DNA of 64,000 bases from Nemertoderma westbladi. Taxonomy: Eukaryota; Animalia; Xenacoelomorpha. The stretch spans positions 1 through 64,000 of the forward strand of contig JAUCBJ010008238.1 in NCBI GenBank assembly GCA_032718475.1. The letters are read 5' to 3'. Below are positions 15,183 through 28,121 of this stretch, in pieces (the first letter of the stretch is position 1; each line of letters opens with the position of its first letter). The position numbers and the translations under genes are program-made. The notes beneath the pieces were generated by a model. That model saw only the letters and a list, made by a program, of their open reading frames with translations. It was not told where the DNA came from and searched no databases.

Positions 15183-17097
15183 CCCATGTCACACCTACCA
15201 CCACCCACATCGGCAGCCGCGACAGCAGGTGTGTACCTAAACCCCATTAAATAGGCAACTACCGGTACTTACAGTAGAAGATTTGAGCTGTTGCTACCTG
15301 TATCCAGGTATCAAAGTTGTTCCATCCCATTGTACTGTATATACAGTACTAGACTGAAGAGTGGCTCAATAATACAGTAGCATTATCAATTAGCAACTAA
15401 TAATTATTTATTACTGTATATGGGAAAAGTAGATCTTTTTTCACCATTCTCGAGGCATTATATTATTAATAAAGGGTGGAAAAAATATTAAAAAACGTTC
15501 TGTACGCTTTTTCCAATTTAATAAGTAAAATTTATTCTTTTAATAAATTGGTACTTTTTGTTGATTAATTCTTTAATAAAGATTGTCGGAACGATTGTGT
15601 TACAAAATGTATTGTAAAAAATGTTAAAAAATAACTGGTATTTTACTATATTGCTTACATGGTAACTGTGATTCTAATTACTGCACTCTTCAACTCACCT
15701 GATGCTGCCTTACTCAATGTTAAATAATTTAGTGTTCTCGAATATTTATTACGTAACTAGAGAGCCGCTTAACAACATAAACCAATATTGGATATTGAGT
15801 TCCGTTTAGGAGTTTGCCACACTAAAGTTGGAATAACTTTTGAGTGTGTAAATGGATTTTCCTCAAATTAATTGTTAACCTTTTCTACTTCAATGTTCTT
15901 TCAGCACATGTTAGAAAATTTAAATTAAATTAAATTAAATTTAATTAAATTAAATTCCACCAAAAATATTTTATTTTACTTTTTCCCTGTAAAAAAGTAA
16001 AATCAATGCAATCCTTTAGGTTACTTATTTTCCTAGGGAAAAGTAGTCCTACCCATTTTTTTCCCCGATTTTGGGGTAGGCCTATATTCGAGTAAAAAAG
16101 TAACCATTATTGTGATGTGCGCCATGAAAATGTTTAGTCCTACAGTAAATTAATTTGGATTTTAGTCAAGAAGGAATTCTGTTAGTAAAGGAATTGATTG
16201 ACGCTTCGCAAGATGTATTTGTGTAGAATATGTTTATTATCTTTATATAGCAAGCCCACTCTGTAGTTGATGGGGGTATTTTGCCTCAACTATTAATTTT
16301 TAGTAAGCATATAACTGTCAAACTGTCAGAAACAGGGCATTAAACAATATGAATAGGAGATAAACCTTTAATGCAATTGGACACTCGTTTTGGTATAGTG
16401 CGTTAATTACTTGTATAAAAGCTTTGCATGTTCGTTTAGTTTTAGTAGTGATGAATTTGTAGTTTAATTATCGTTAGTTAAATATTCAAATTTGTACTCA
16501 CTCCTAGTTTTGAGACAGGGGGGGGGGGGGGGACTGGATGCAAATCCCGTCTTGGCGAATTAATATCCCACCTCAGCGTTAAATTCTCAATTTAGGGAAA
16601 GGAGCAGGTTACAGTGGCACGTTATTTTATTTAACCAAAACTATAAACTAAACACAATAGAACAGAGTTTAGAGAATCTCTCTACAGAATTTAGAGAGCA
16701 ATCAGCTGTTAATGCGGCGTAGAATTTACCCTGGAGAGGGATGAATTTTTATTGCGTCCAGCCCCCCCCCGAAAAAGACGAAATGATCAACGAAAATAAC
16801 GAATTTATCAAACAATCTGCAAATTCTCGCTTTCCAGTACGATAGGTATTATTAGAAGTCACACTTTACATTTTGTAATTAATAAAATCCGATAATTTCG
16901 CCCCATTTTCGACCTTAAAAGTAATTTAATACCAAATACTGTCTGCTGGTTGGTTGACCAATGGCGGCTTCGATGAAATCTGTGTACTGCAGTACTGGTC
17001 TGGTGCATGGTTGAAGGAACCCAGAATCGGACCTGTACCCTAAACCAACACTGAACGATAGGGGATTAGGCGGTAGTTCAACAACAGATTACTATCG

Positions 17098-17210
17098 GAG
17101 CGACGGAGTCCATTAAACCGGAACGATGGCGACGGAGTCTATTAAACCCGGAACCATGGCCTCTTTTAATCCTGGAACGTTGGCGACGGAGTCCATTAAA
17201 CCATGGCCTA
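17098..17210. repeat. Short degenerate tandem repeat (about 29-bp unit)
   Basis: GCGACGGAGTCCATTAAACC-like motif three times. Confidence 0.6.
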
Positions 17211-18496
17211 CCGAATTAGGTAAAGGATGGATTCCCTGAGGGGGAACGAGTTTACAACGGTTTTGATACAGTTTGGGGTAGGGCGGGTTGAGTTGACCTC
17301 AGGTCACCCAACCAACCTATCTAGAGACGAAACAACCTATCTAGAGACGAACTCCGCGCCCCGAACTGAAGTAAAGGAGTAAGAGTTTAATTTAGTACAA
17401 CTGTAACTAATTCTGGTTAAATTTATTTTAACTTAAATTTGGTACAGTTGTTGTGATGGTTTAATTTCGGTGTAAAATGTAGCATGTAGTAAACTACTGT
17501 AATATAAATATAATATTGTAATTTGTCATATTAATTTGGTGTGGGATTAGCAAGTAACTGTGTTCAATTAGCTCTTGTTTGAGGCCTTCTGACTCCTGCC
17601 ACTGTCGGTTTTGTGGCGCGCCTGCCACATATATTCTACACTCGTTACAATGCAGCCTTCTACCGGACAATCTATCCCATCTGCGTCTCGCTTTTCACTT
17701 GCAGTCGATCCTTACAAGACTCGTCACTTAATTTCTAGTCTCTTAATTAATTCTTACTTTAATCATTTTGCGATCTTTCTTCGACTTATTTATTTTATTG
17801 GTTTTATTTATTTTATACTACCCGTTAGGTAAATCAAGATAACAATTTCATATGGCGGGTTACAGAGTGTTTCTTTTTGGGGCAGTATTGGGTGGGTTTG
17901 TCATCTCTTCCCATTTAGTATCGTGGTTTGGATATTACTTGTGTTGTGACAATATTGTAGTGCTTTTAATGCGTTTTCCATTGAATAAAATACATCCAAA
18001 AATAATTTAAAATATAACTACGTCACGGGTGTAGCGTAGTATAGTATATATGGATACGTGTTATGGATATGGGGGATACATACGCAACCAATTGAACGTA
18101 TAATTTAATGGACACAGATGGGCGCATAGTTGTTGTGGTAACATGTTGACCATGCACTGTTGTTGCTATAGGCAACTAAATTCGTGAGTAGGCCACATAC
18201 AGTAGTTATCAATCTGTCACAAAGGGTGGTGGCTAGTCACGTATTAAATATCCAACAATCATTACTACAGCAGTAGGACTACCGGTATTTTAATGAAACC
18301 TTACAATTTATTTTACACTTGCCATACCATAATTTAATATTAATAATATTAACTTTGTGTAACTTTGTTAAAATTATATTTTAGTCAAACCCCTCCGAGT
18401 TTTGACAATAAAGATGAGAATACAGACGATTTGGAGTCCGTAATTAATTGAAAATAATTTAAAAATTGAAAAGCGTTTAGGAACAACGAAGACTAC

Positions 18497-18572
18497 CAGG
18501 GGCGGATCTGGGGGGGGGGGGGGGGGGGGGCACATGCCCCCCCCGGCTAGGTGACCTCTGGATCCGCCCCTG
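18497..18572. mobile_element. Tiny MITE-like hairpin element
   Basis: Terminal inverted repeats CAGGGGCGGATC / GATCCGCCCCTG, internal poly-G and poly-C, AC on both flanks (possible 2-bp TSD). Confidence 0.7.
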
Positions 18573-18907
18573 ACTACTATTATTAGAGAACGGATGAAGT
18601 AAGTTGTACAACCTAGTGGTATTTCCCCTGTCCGTAAGAAATATCGTACTACGTACGTTACGTACTGGTGCGGCAGACTTACCAGATACCAGCCAACGAA
18701 AGGAAAACATATTATTTAAATATACATTAATATTCTCTATCGCCGTGTTGTAGCAATAAAGGCGTCGATGGTAGATATTGCAATTCGGTTTCTTATCGAT
18801 AATTATATTCAATTGTTCCTCCGTACGGAATTGAGACTTCATACTTTTAAATTCTGACCAGTTTTTAATTAGTCTATAAAACTAAAATGTTAGTAATTTC
18901 ATCAATG

Positions 18908-19741
18908 ATGATGAGCTGTAATTTAATCCGCATCGGATTGTTAAAATTAGCAGTAAAATTATTAATAAATAAATAAAACATACTTAAAGAAAACATAGAT
19001 TAAATAAGGCTGTTAAGATGGACTGCGAGTTTGAAAGCAGGTATGTTTTGTGGAAGCGCAGAGCAGCCCTGAGCGTGTTCAATTCTTGCTGGAGAATCAC
19101 AGAGCCGACAATGGCAATCATCTTGGGGACGCCAGCAGTTAGCTTTGGAGCATAGCTTGTGATGGTATCCGTTACTAATATATTGCGCCGCGATACGTCT
19201 TCTTTTAGCTGTTAGATTAGCTAGATTGATATCGTGTACTGAATTGTTATCAATGGCATCTAGTAACCGCGTCGTTGAAGCAAATTTGCTCAGGCCACAC
19301 CAGAGTTTGAAGAAAAACCCGCGGCATTTGACGACATGATCTAGCGCTGAAACGTCGTCACTTTGTATAAACGTTGAGCAACCATAAGTGCACGAAGGTA
19401 AAACTACAAGATTCCACAATTTCTTTGCTGTTTCCAGCGAAACCGAAGAGAGAACTACGAGAGATGCAATGCGCACCGACGCACTTACTCCTCTTTTCCG
19501 AAGGTGGACATAGTGACCCGTCGAAGTGTTTTTGGACGTTAGAATGAACCCCAGGTAATTAAAAGAATTTACAAACTTGATTTCGTTCCCTTTGTATTTG
19601 AGTATATCTGTGGCAGCCATGCGACCTCCTCTTCGGAACTTGATGGCTTTAGTTTTGCTCAAGTTAACGGTTAATAGATTGTCATCGCAGTAGCTACTTA
19701 AATTATCTAGAGACTGTTGTAATGAAGCGAGCGAGCTACTA
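18908..19741 (-). mobile_element. 5'-truncated LINE (RT C-terminus plus Cys/His tail)
   Basis: ORF 19000-19662 (KTKAIKFRRGG...FNYLG...CxCxxC...HxxxC); 14-bp TSD TAATTTCATCAATG at 18894-18907 and 19742-19755; short (CAT)n tail; related to the LINE at 34539-50858. Confidence 0.85.
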
Positions 19742-19928
19742 TAATTTCATCAATGGCCCCCCTTAACCTTAATTAAAATGACTTTACCACACTAAGTATA
19801 GAAGTTAACTACAAGTTAGGCTATAAATTATTTTTACATAATGTTAATTAATTTCTTTACGTCCCTATATTACAGTTAGCGTTTTTTTAAACGTGAAAAG
19901 TTAAATTGTAAACCGTAAAATAAACACT

Positions 19929-20144
19929 ATGAGAATAAAGCCAATATTGCGGAATGTCTTTACGTTATATCTTGTATTCTTCGTCCTATTGGTTGGAATT
20001 ACAGCCAAAGAAAAACAGAGAGCTAAGTCAACTAAGACGAAGACTAAAGGGAAGATAACAAATAAATTGCCGGACAATTTATATGAGTTTACAGTGAAAA
20101 ATTCTAGGGGGTCAGAAATATCCTTAGAGCGATACAAGGGGAAG
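19929..20144 (+). CDS. GPX7: Glutathione peroxidase 7/8-like, exon 1
   Basis: ATG, hydrophobic leader, LYEFTVKNSRGSEISLERYKGK, then GTAAGA donor; 216 nt. Confidence 0.85.
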
Positions 20145-20620
20145 GTAAGATACAGGTATATAAGTAATATTTATTATACGTAATTTCTCCATAAGTTTTA
20201 TTACCTATATAGAGATCTTACTATCATTAATATTTCTTTGTTACATGTTGATTCGGATAAGAGTAGGCTAATATTATTGTTTTTGTCACATAGGTTGATA
20301 CAGTTATGAACTCATTATAAAATATTATTTTTAATAAATAAATAATAGTATATAAGCAGTATATTACAGAGGGCAAATATACTCATTTTCAATACGCCAA
20401 AAAAAGTTCTGATTCGGAGGTCACCAGTTCGATCCCACCTGGACGCCATTGCCACAAAAAAGTACTTACACTGTTTTAAACTTTTAATAATTATATTTTA
20501 ATATTTAACATTTCTTCAACTACTATATTATTGTTCACAGGCAAGTAAAATATTTATTTTTTGTTACTTTTTTAGGTTGATGCAGGTTTAAGTAACATTT
20601 GTTGTTTTGGTTACCCATAG

Positions 20621-20752
20621 GTGGCACTTGTAGTTAATGTGGCTAGTGAATGCGGCTTTACAGACACACACTACAGACAGCTGTCCGACCTACATAACTT
20701 ACCAGAGTTAGACAGAGAAGTGTTTACTGTTCTGGCCTTTCCTTGTGATCAG
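20621..20752 (+). CDS. GPX7: GPx7-like exon 2
   Basis: CATAG acceptor; VALVVNVASECGFTDTHY...VLAFPCDQ (peroxidatic Cys encoded by TGC); GTTAGT donor. Confidence 0.9.
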
Positions 20753-20959
20753 GTTAGTCTGTTTTTGTATTGAATTACTTAGCCTACTTATTTACTACTG
20801 TATTCAGCCGTCCGGTTACATCGTTGTCCCCGTCGCTTCTCTCGACTGGGCGCGATAGTATGACTGCCAGTGAATAGAATAAGAGGTATAGTGTTTACCT
20901 ATATCGTTATTTGTCGATTTGCTGACTGTTGATCGCGGACAATTAGCAGGTGTACTGAT

Positions 20960-21191
20960 CTGAGCAGTATGCTCAGTAACTCTGAGCAGTTTGCTCAGTA
21001 ACTCTGAGCAGTATGCTCAGTAACTCTGAGCAGTATGCTCAGTAACTCTGAGCAGTATGCTCTGTAACTCTGAGCAGTATGCTCAGTAACTCTGAGCAGT
21101 ATGCTCAGTAACTCTGAGCAGTATCCTCAGTAACTCTGAGCAGTATGCTCAGTAACTCTGAGCAGTATGCTCTGTAACTCTGAGCAGTATG
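20960..21191. repeat. 22-bp palindromic minisatellite (about 10 copies) in GPx intron 2
   Basis: Unit CTGAGCAGTATGCTCAGTAACT; CTGAGCA and TGCTCAG form an inverted repeat. Confidence 0.95.
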
Positions 21192-21560
21192 GCGCTATTT
21201 ATATCCGCATGAACGAACACTCTATTCCTGCCATTTATTCGGATAGAAATAAATCATTAATATTATTCATAATTGTCCCATGTTACCGATAATTTCTTAC
21301 AAAAAAAATGTTTTTAAAGAAAGTTTTTGGAAGTGCCAAATAGTGTTTTTTTGAGATGCGAAATAATAATTGCAGAGCGATAATGAATGGGAGTTCTATA
21401 TTTATAATGGTAGTTCGATTTATATTTTTAGGGTTTCTTACTCTAGTTATGCGATGTAATTAACATTTCTAAACGGCCCATTGGCCAAAGTAAACCAATC
21501 GTATCTATATGTTTATAATTATTTTTATCTGCTGAAATTCACTGGTTACCATTTCGCCCC

Positions 21561-22122
21561 TACTACTACTACTACTAGGATCGGCATGCTGCATTGCAGC
21601 TGCATTTTTAAGAATGCTGTGCCGGCTTATCGACAAAATTGCACCGCCACAACTCCCTATCACCCATGACATTTGCTAGATCATCCGCATCTTCAAGGCC
21701 AGTGTCCTTTAAGATGCGTCTCAAGAAAGTCATGGGCTGTCCACCATGCTTATTCACTCCATGAGGCTGCCAAAGTACAAGATTATGCACTGGCTGGTCC
21801 TCACGGCGAAAGCAATGTCCTGCAAAGCGGAGGCGATTTTGTTCTAGTGTCAAGCTTGGGGGAACCAATGAGACACCCCCAATGTTATATAGTGTCTGGT
21901 TGGAGATGTGTGCATTGTACTTGACACAATGAACCCGGCGTAGCATTCTTGTGAATGTGCCATCCAGAGATTTGGTGTCCTCAGCAGTTAGAGCCCAGCA
22001 TGGACTCCCATAGAGGAGTACTGGAACTACTGCTGCTCTAAATAATCGGACCGTAAGTGTCCGATTAATTCTCGGTGACTTCAAAATCCTGGAAAGCCTA
22101 TTCAAGGCTGCCCATGCCTTTC
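21561..22122 (-). mobile_element. Short RTE-like LINE 3' fragment, copy 1 (GPx intron 2)
   Basis: VLLYGS.W.LT...RLRFAGHCFR...DRELWR; (TAG)n tail; imperfect 16-bp TSD at 21545-21560 and 22153-22168; near-identical to 48666-49227. Confidence 0.85.
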
Positions 22123-22219
22123 CCTTACGTTTCGCCATTACGTTACCCTTACGTTCCCATTTCGCTCCGCATGGGGGTGTATCGAATTAATTATTATAAT
22201 AATACATTTTCTTTAACAG

Positions 22220-22355
22220 TTTGGCAATCAGGAACCAAATGACGCTAAATCAGTTGAAAATTGGGCGCGCGAGAAATACGGATTCACCTACCCAATGTTT
22301 GATAAGATAAATGTAAAGAGACCTTATCAAGACCCTCTGTGGAGATTTATCGAGG
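22220..22355 (+). CDS. GPX7: GPx7-like exon 3
   Basis: TTTAACAG acceptor; FGNQEP...YGFTYPMFDKINVRG...PLWRFI; phase-1 GTAAGT donor. Confidence 0.9.
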
Positions 22356-22639
22356 GTAAGTTAATGGGAAGTAGAGAGAGAAAAATCGCAAAATTGAAAA
22401 AAAAGACAAAGCAAAAGTCAAAGTTTTAAATGATTTTTGCCATGCTGAATTATTTCCCTTGATATTCTTGATCGATTGAAGTTTGTACATATGCATCCAA
22501 TCAAACCAACGCTCAGTACATCAGACCACATCATGGCACCCTGGTACCATCTTGGTCTACTTATGAGCCTTGAAAACATAAAGACCCACTGTAACGGCCC
22601 AAAATTATCTTGAAAATTATGTATCTCTGAAGTTAGAAA

Positions 22640-24075
22640 CATCCAATCAGCCCTATGCTGTGACTCGCTGTGATAAGTGGCTCCATTTAAAATGTATCTC
22701 AATTAATCTAAACAACAAACATTACAGATATTTCCAGAATTCTACACTACCTTGGTACTGCCCCGATTGCCCATTAACACTATATTATGATTACCGCATA
22801 CCAACCCAACTCGATACCTCCCATCTAGATGCACTCTACTTTGAAACTTATAGGCTACCAGACCCCGAACCACCTACAACAGACTACTATGACTCCAATA
22901 TAAACCCCGAACACTGCATAAAGGCGAACACATCTCATTTACGAAACTGCAGTTATATAACTTTGTTGACGATTACAATTCTAATTTTGCTAAACAAACG
23001 CCTAAATTATCGCTCATCCACTTCAATGCACGCAGTCTGAATGCCAACTTTGATAAAATAACCCAACACCTTGATAATATTGACACAGAATTTGATTTAA
23101 GAGGGGGGGGGGGGGGGGGGGGGGGGGTAGCAACCCCCCTCGCAAAGATTTCAAATTTGAAAACGACTTAGAGATATCTCTTTTAGTTCTCGAGTTATCG
23201 TGGAATATCTGTCTGCCAATTTGTCTGTCAAAATGTAAGACAGAGACAGACACACAACCGACAGACGGACAGACAACATTCAACCAAATATTAAAATTGA
23301 CATCGGAAATGAAATCAGAAGATGATCAGACATGATACACTCTACTCAAATTCCCGTTCAACGACAACAGGTGGTGTGGGGCGAGCCACGCAGTCAGGGC
23401 CAGCCTTAGCGCACAATTATAATTAGTAAATAGGGCAAAATTTCACGTCTGTCTGTCTGTCCGTCTGTCTGTCCATCTGTAATGAAAAATTCACTTGTAA
23501 ATAACTTTTGAAGATTTTAACAATTTTCAACCATATTTTGTACGGGCATACTAGCGAAAAAAGTTCCAATATTTTTTAAAGTTACTGGCAAATACCTCTC
23601 GAACGTTTGACTCCGGATCAAATCGAACTTGTTCGCGTGCTGCGCGACGTCCCTCCCAGGACCGTGTAGCACTTTATGTACAGAATGACATTTCAGTAAA
23701 AGTACGTAAGGATTTAAATCTACTTAAAAATATAACATGTACTGAAGTATTATTTCTAGAAATACCTCGAAAAAATCTAAAAATTTAATAGTTGGAGTTG
23801 TTTACTGTCCACCTGGCACCATCATAGTACAAGGTACCATTTTAGCGCAACGCTCAAATACACCACTAACAAAAATCAATACAGAAGATAAACAATGTTT
23901 TATAATGGGAGATTTAAACGTTGATCTCCTAAAGACTAACACACACAAATTAACCTCTGAGTTTTTCAGCATTTTCAGCACATTACCAACACCGTACATC
24001 TAAGCCTACTCGCATTACTGAAACCTCAGCTACATTAATCGACAACATTTCCTCACCACCGCCTCTTCCTCCAAC
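22640..24075 (+). mobile_element. Degenerate CR1/L2-type LINE 5' fragment (PHD finger plus endonuclease), interrupted
   Basis: CDKWLHLKC...WYCPDC; HFNARSL at about 23019; resumes with IVGVVYCPP, MGDLNVDLL, KPTRITETSATLIDNI at about 23790-24050; stops and frameshifts. Confidence 0.75.
23095..23660. mobile_element. Probable non-autonomous repeat(s) with GTCY microsatellites (DINE-1/Helentron-like)
   Basis: Opposed (GACA)n and (GTCT)n tracts at about 23240-23275 and 23447-23480 interrupt the LINE fragment; termini not resolved. Confidence 0.3.
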
Positions 24076-24214
24076 ATAATTGTTGATGGTAATCAACAAG
24101 TTATTAGTAAAATAACAATGTCGTTCAATTGTCAATACTTCTCCCCCTAACAATGAGGCTAGTAATTCTTAATTAATTCAATTAATTTGTTGTCAATAAA
24201 TTATATTTTCACAG

Positions 24215-24387
24215 AAGAAACGAAACAAGCGCCTGCATGGAACTTTTGGAAGTACATAGTGAACCGCGAAGGCCACGTTGTTAGGGCCTACCCTCCTACT
24301 GTGTCGGTGGAAGAAGTCAAGATCGAACTATTGCACATTCTAGCCGGCTATAAAAGTTACAAACACGATCACTCCAGAGATCTATAA
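24215..24387 (+). CDS. GPX7: GPx7-like exon 4 (terminal)
   Basis: TTTTCACAG acceptor; PAWNFWKYIV motif; ends SRDL*, resembling an ER-retention signal; joined protein is 218 aa. Confidence 0.9.
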
Positions 24388-24756
24388 CACATTAACTGTT
24401 TAATAGCATTACTAGTGTAGCAGGTTCTAGGTACCCATTTAGTTTCGGTGTTTAATAAATAGTGGAGCCACTTCACCAGGCCGTTACCTCAACGTGTTAT
24501 TTATATTGAGCAAAATAATCGTGAAAAAACGACCTAAATAAGATTTAAGAAATGTAATTATTTATTCATGAATTATTTATTAAATTCTCGACAACAATTC
24601 TATTTTCCGGAATCAGTATTCCGTGGTACTTATATAAAATTTTAGATATAATATTGGCCTACTATAATACATGACCAAGTCCATATAATCAGGATTGTTT
24701 ACCATTAAACGAAAACGGACTATTTCAATCTATTCCAAATAACAAAATGGCAAGCT

Positions 24757-25108
24757 TAGCTAACCGCGGTGCCGGTAGCTAACCGCGGTGCCGGTAGCTA
24801 ACCGCGGTACCGGTAGCTAACAGCGGTACCGGTAGCTAACAGCGGTACCGGTAGCTAACAGCGGTACCGGTAGCTAACAGCGGTACCGGTAGCTAACAGC
24901 GGTACCAGTAGCTAACAGCGGTACCGGTAGCTAACCGCGGTGCCGGTAGCTAACCGCGGTGCCGGTAGCTAACCGCGGTACCGGTAGCTAACAGCGGTAC
25001 CGGTAGCTAACAGCGGTACCGGTAGCTAACAGCGGTACCGGTAGCTAACAGCGGTACCGGTAGCTAACAGCGGTCGGTACCGGTAGCTAACCGCGGTGCC
25101 GGCAGCTA
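24757..25108. repeat. 19-bp minisatellite (about 18 copies)
   Basis: Unit GCTAAC(A/C)GCGGT(A/G)CCGGTA. Confidence 0.95.
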
Positions 25109-25392
25109 AAATGGTAAAAATATTGAAGTAAAGTACACCATATCCCAGCATTGAATCTACTTTATTTCAAGACGAAATTCACGCTAATAAGAATAATAAG
25201 AAAATACATATATCATTAAAATACATGCCAAGTTTATTTAAGAGAGCCAAACCTCCCAGCAAGTTACCTAGCTATTTACTGCACAACAGCTTGGCGGCTT
25301 GATAAATCTTATAAATTAATTAAGGAGAGTTTTTTTTAAATAAAATATGAAATCACCCAAAGAAATTGTTAGTATATTACAAAGAGAAGATA

Positions 25393-27177
25393 ACAGGGGC
25401 GGCTGCTACCGTTATGTCTCCAATAACACAGGCGGCAGCTGCGCTGCCGTTATTTCTCCAATAACACAGGCGGCTGCTGCTGTTATGTCCCCAATAACAC
25501 AGGCGGCTGCTGCCGTTATGTCTCCAATAACACAGGCGGCTGCTGCCGTTATGTCTCCAATAACACAGGCGGCTGCTGCCGTTATGTCCCCAATAACACA
25601 GGCGGCTGCTGCCGTTATTTCTCCAATAACACAGGCGGCTGCTGCCGTTATGTCCCCAATAACACAGGCGGCAGCTGTGCCGCCGTTATTTCTCCAATAA
25701 CACAGGCGGCTGCTGCCGTTATGTCCCCAATAACACAGGCGGCAGCTGCGCTGCCGTTATTTCTCCAATAACACAGGCGGCTGCTACCGTTATGTCCCCA
25801 ATAACACAGGCGGCAGCTGCGCTGCCGTTATTTCTCCAATAACACAGGCGGCTGCTGCTGTTATGTCCCCAATAACACAGGCGGCAGCTGCGCTGCCGTT
25901 ATTTCTCCAATAACACAGGCGGCTGCTGCCGTTATGTCCCCAATAACACAGGCGGCTGCTACCGTTATGTCCCCAATAACACAGGCGGCTGCTGCCGTTA
26001 TTTCTCCAATAACACAGGCGGCTGCTGCCGTTATGTCCCCAATAACACAGGCGGCTGCTGCCGTTATTTCTCCAATAACACAGGCGGCTGCTGCCGTTAT
26101 GTCCCCAATAACACAGGCGGCAGCTGTGCCGCCGTTATTTCTCCAATAACACAGGCGGCTGCTGCCGTTATGTCCCCAATAACACAGGCGGCAGCTGCGC
26201 TGCCGTTATTTCTCCAATAACACAGGCGGCTGCTACCGTTATGTCCCCAATAACACAGGCGGCAGCTGCGCTGCCGTTATTTCTCCAATAACACAGGCGG
26301 CTGCTGCTGTTATGTCCCCAATAACACAGGCGGCAGCTGCGCTGCCGTTATTTCTCCAATAACACAGGCGGCTGCTGCCGTTATGTCCCCAATAACACAG
26401 GCGGCTGCTACCGTTATGTCCCCAATAACACAGGCGGCTGCTGCCGTTATTTCTCCAATAACACAGGCGGCTGCTGCCGTTATGTCCCCAATAACACAGG
26501 CGGCAGCTGCCGTTATTTCTCCAATAACACAGGCGGCTGCTGCCGTTATGCCTCCAATAACACAGGCGGCTGCTGCCATTATGCCTCCAATAACTCAGGC
26601 GGCTGCTGCCGTTATGCCTCCAATGACACAGGCGGCTGCTGCCGTTATGTCTCCAATAACACAGGCGGCTGCTGCCGATATGCCTCCAATAACTCAGGCG
26701 GCTGCTGCCGTTATGCCTCCAATAACACAGGCGGCTGCTGCCATTATGCCTCCAATAACTCAGGCGGCTGCTGCCGTTATGGCTCCAATAACACAGGCGG
26801 CTGCTGCCGTTATGCCTCCAATAACACAAGCGGCTGCTGCCGTTATGCCTCCAATAACACAAGCGGCTGCTGCCGTTATGCCTCCAATAACTCAGGCGGA
26901 TGCTGCCGTTATGCCTCCAATAACACAGACGGCTGCTGCCGTTATGCCTCCAATAACTCAGGCGGCTGCTGCCGTTATGCCTCCAATAACACAGGCGGCT
27001 GCTGCCGTTATGCCTCCAATAACTCCAGGCGGCTGCTGCCGTTATGCCTCCAATAACTCCAGGCGGCTGCTGCCGTTATGTCTCCAAGAACACAGGCGGC
27101 TGCTGCCGTTATGCCTTCAATAACACATACGGCTGCTGCCGTTATGGCTCCAATAACACAGGCGGCTGCTGCCGTTA
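25393..27177. repeat. 33/35-bp GC-rich minisatellite (about 53 copies)
   Basis: Unit CCAATAACACAGGCGGCTGCTGCCGTTATGTCT; 449-bp higher-order duplication (identical ORF landmarks at 25700/26149 and 25934/26383). Confidence 0.95.
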
Positions 27178-27407
27178 TATAGAAAAATCACGGTATAAAA
27201 TGCAATACTGGAATAGACTTTAATAAGCAAATATATTTCATGCAATTAAAAAAAAAGAAATTCACTAAAATAGTCGACAAACACTAACATCATTAAAAGA
27301 AACGAAGTTAAATCAAATTTATAAAAATAATATGTTATAGCACCGAATAGATGATTGACACTTCAGTTACTGTGGGGAGAAAGGCTTAGTAGAAATTGGT
27401 AGAAGTG

Positions 27408-27548
27408 AGTAGAAACTAAGTCCACCTTGGTAGAAACTAAGTGCACCTTGGTAGAAACTAAGTCCACCTTGGTAGAAACTAAGTGCACCTTGGTAGAAAC
27501 TAAGTGCACCTTGGTAGAAACTAAGTCCACCTTGGTAGAAACTAAGTC
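27408..27548. repeat. 21-bp minisatellite (about 6.5 copies)
   Basis: Unit GTAGAAACTAAGT(C/G)CACCTTG. Confidence 0.93.
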
Positions 27549-28121
27549 CGTGAAACTACGGTTGTAATAATAATAAACATCATTGTGCGAAAAGTAGCAC
27601 TTTTCGGCGTTATGACCCTGAGAGTATTTATGTACTGAAAGAGCGCAGCGAGGAGGTTTACATAAACAAACAGTCATAAACACTGAATAGTGGACTCTAT
27701 CATACAACGATGTATTATAGGTTATTTTGTTACATTAAGTCAACTTATCGGCGTTCTTTACACAATTAATTGTATTTACTGTAGCAACTGTATGGGGGTG
27801 AATAATAAATAGAATTAGCCGACAATGGTTATCATCAATGGAGAATACTCAATAAGTGTACTAGAAGTTTATTGTTACTAAAGTTGTGAATGTTTTGCTG
27901 CGTCACCAGTTGACATAATGTAGCGAAAAACATTTATGTCTGAGAAATTCAAATTATGTCACTAAAAAATGTATAAAAAACCCAGAAAGTAACTGGAATA
28001 GTAACCGTAATAGTAACTGGAAATTAGTGAGAGAAAATAATTAATATTTAAATTTAGTTTAGTATTTACATAAAACAAACGTAATTATATGTGAAACCGA
28101 AAGTAACTGAATATAAAACGA

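Noticed and set aside
14722-15240. 172-aa repeat ORF
   Set aside because: Open only because the 51-bp unit is a multiple of 3; non-ATG start and no splice or domain support
20408-20450. tRNA gene (GTTCGAT B-box-like motif)
   Set aside because: No cloverleaf or A-box; at most a SINE remnant
20651-20653. Selenocysteine in the GPx
   Set aside because: The active-site codon is TGC (Cys), as in GPx7/8
25347-27123. Ala-rich or antifreeze-like repeat ORFs on both strands
   Set aside because: 33-bp minisatellite repeatedly frameshifted by 35-bp units; no gene structure
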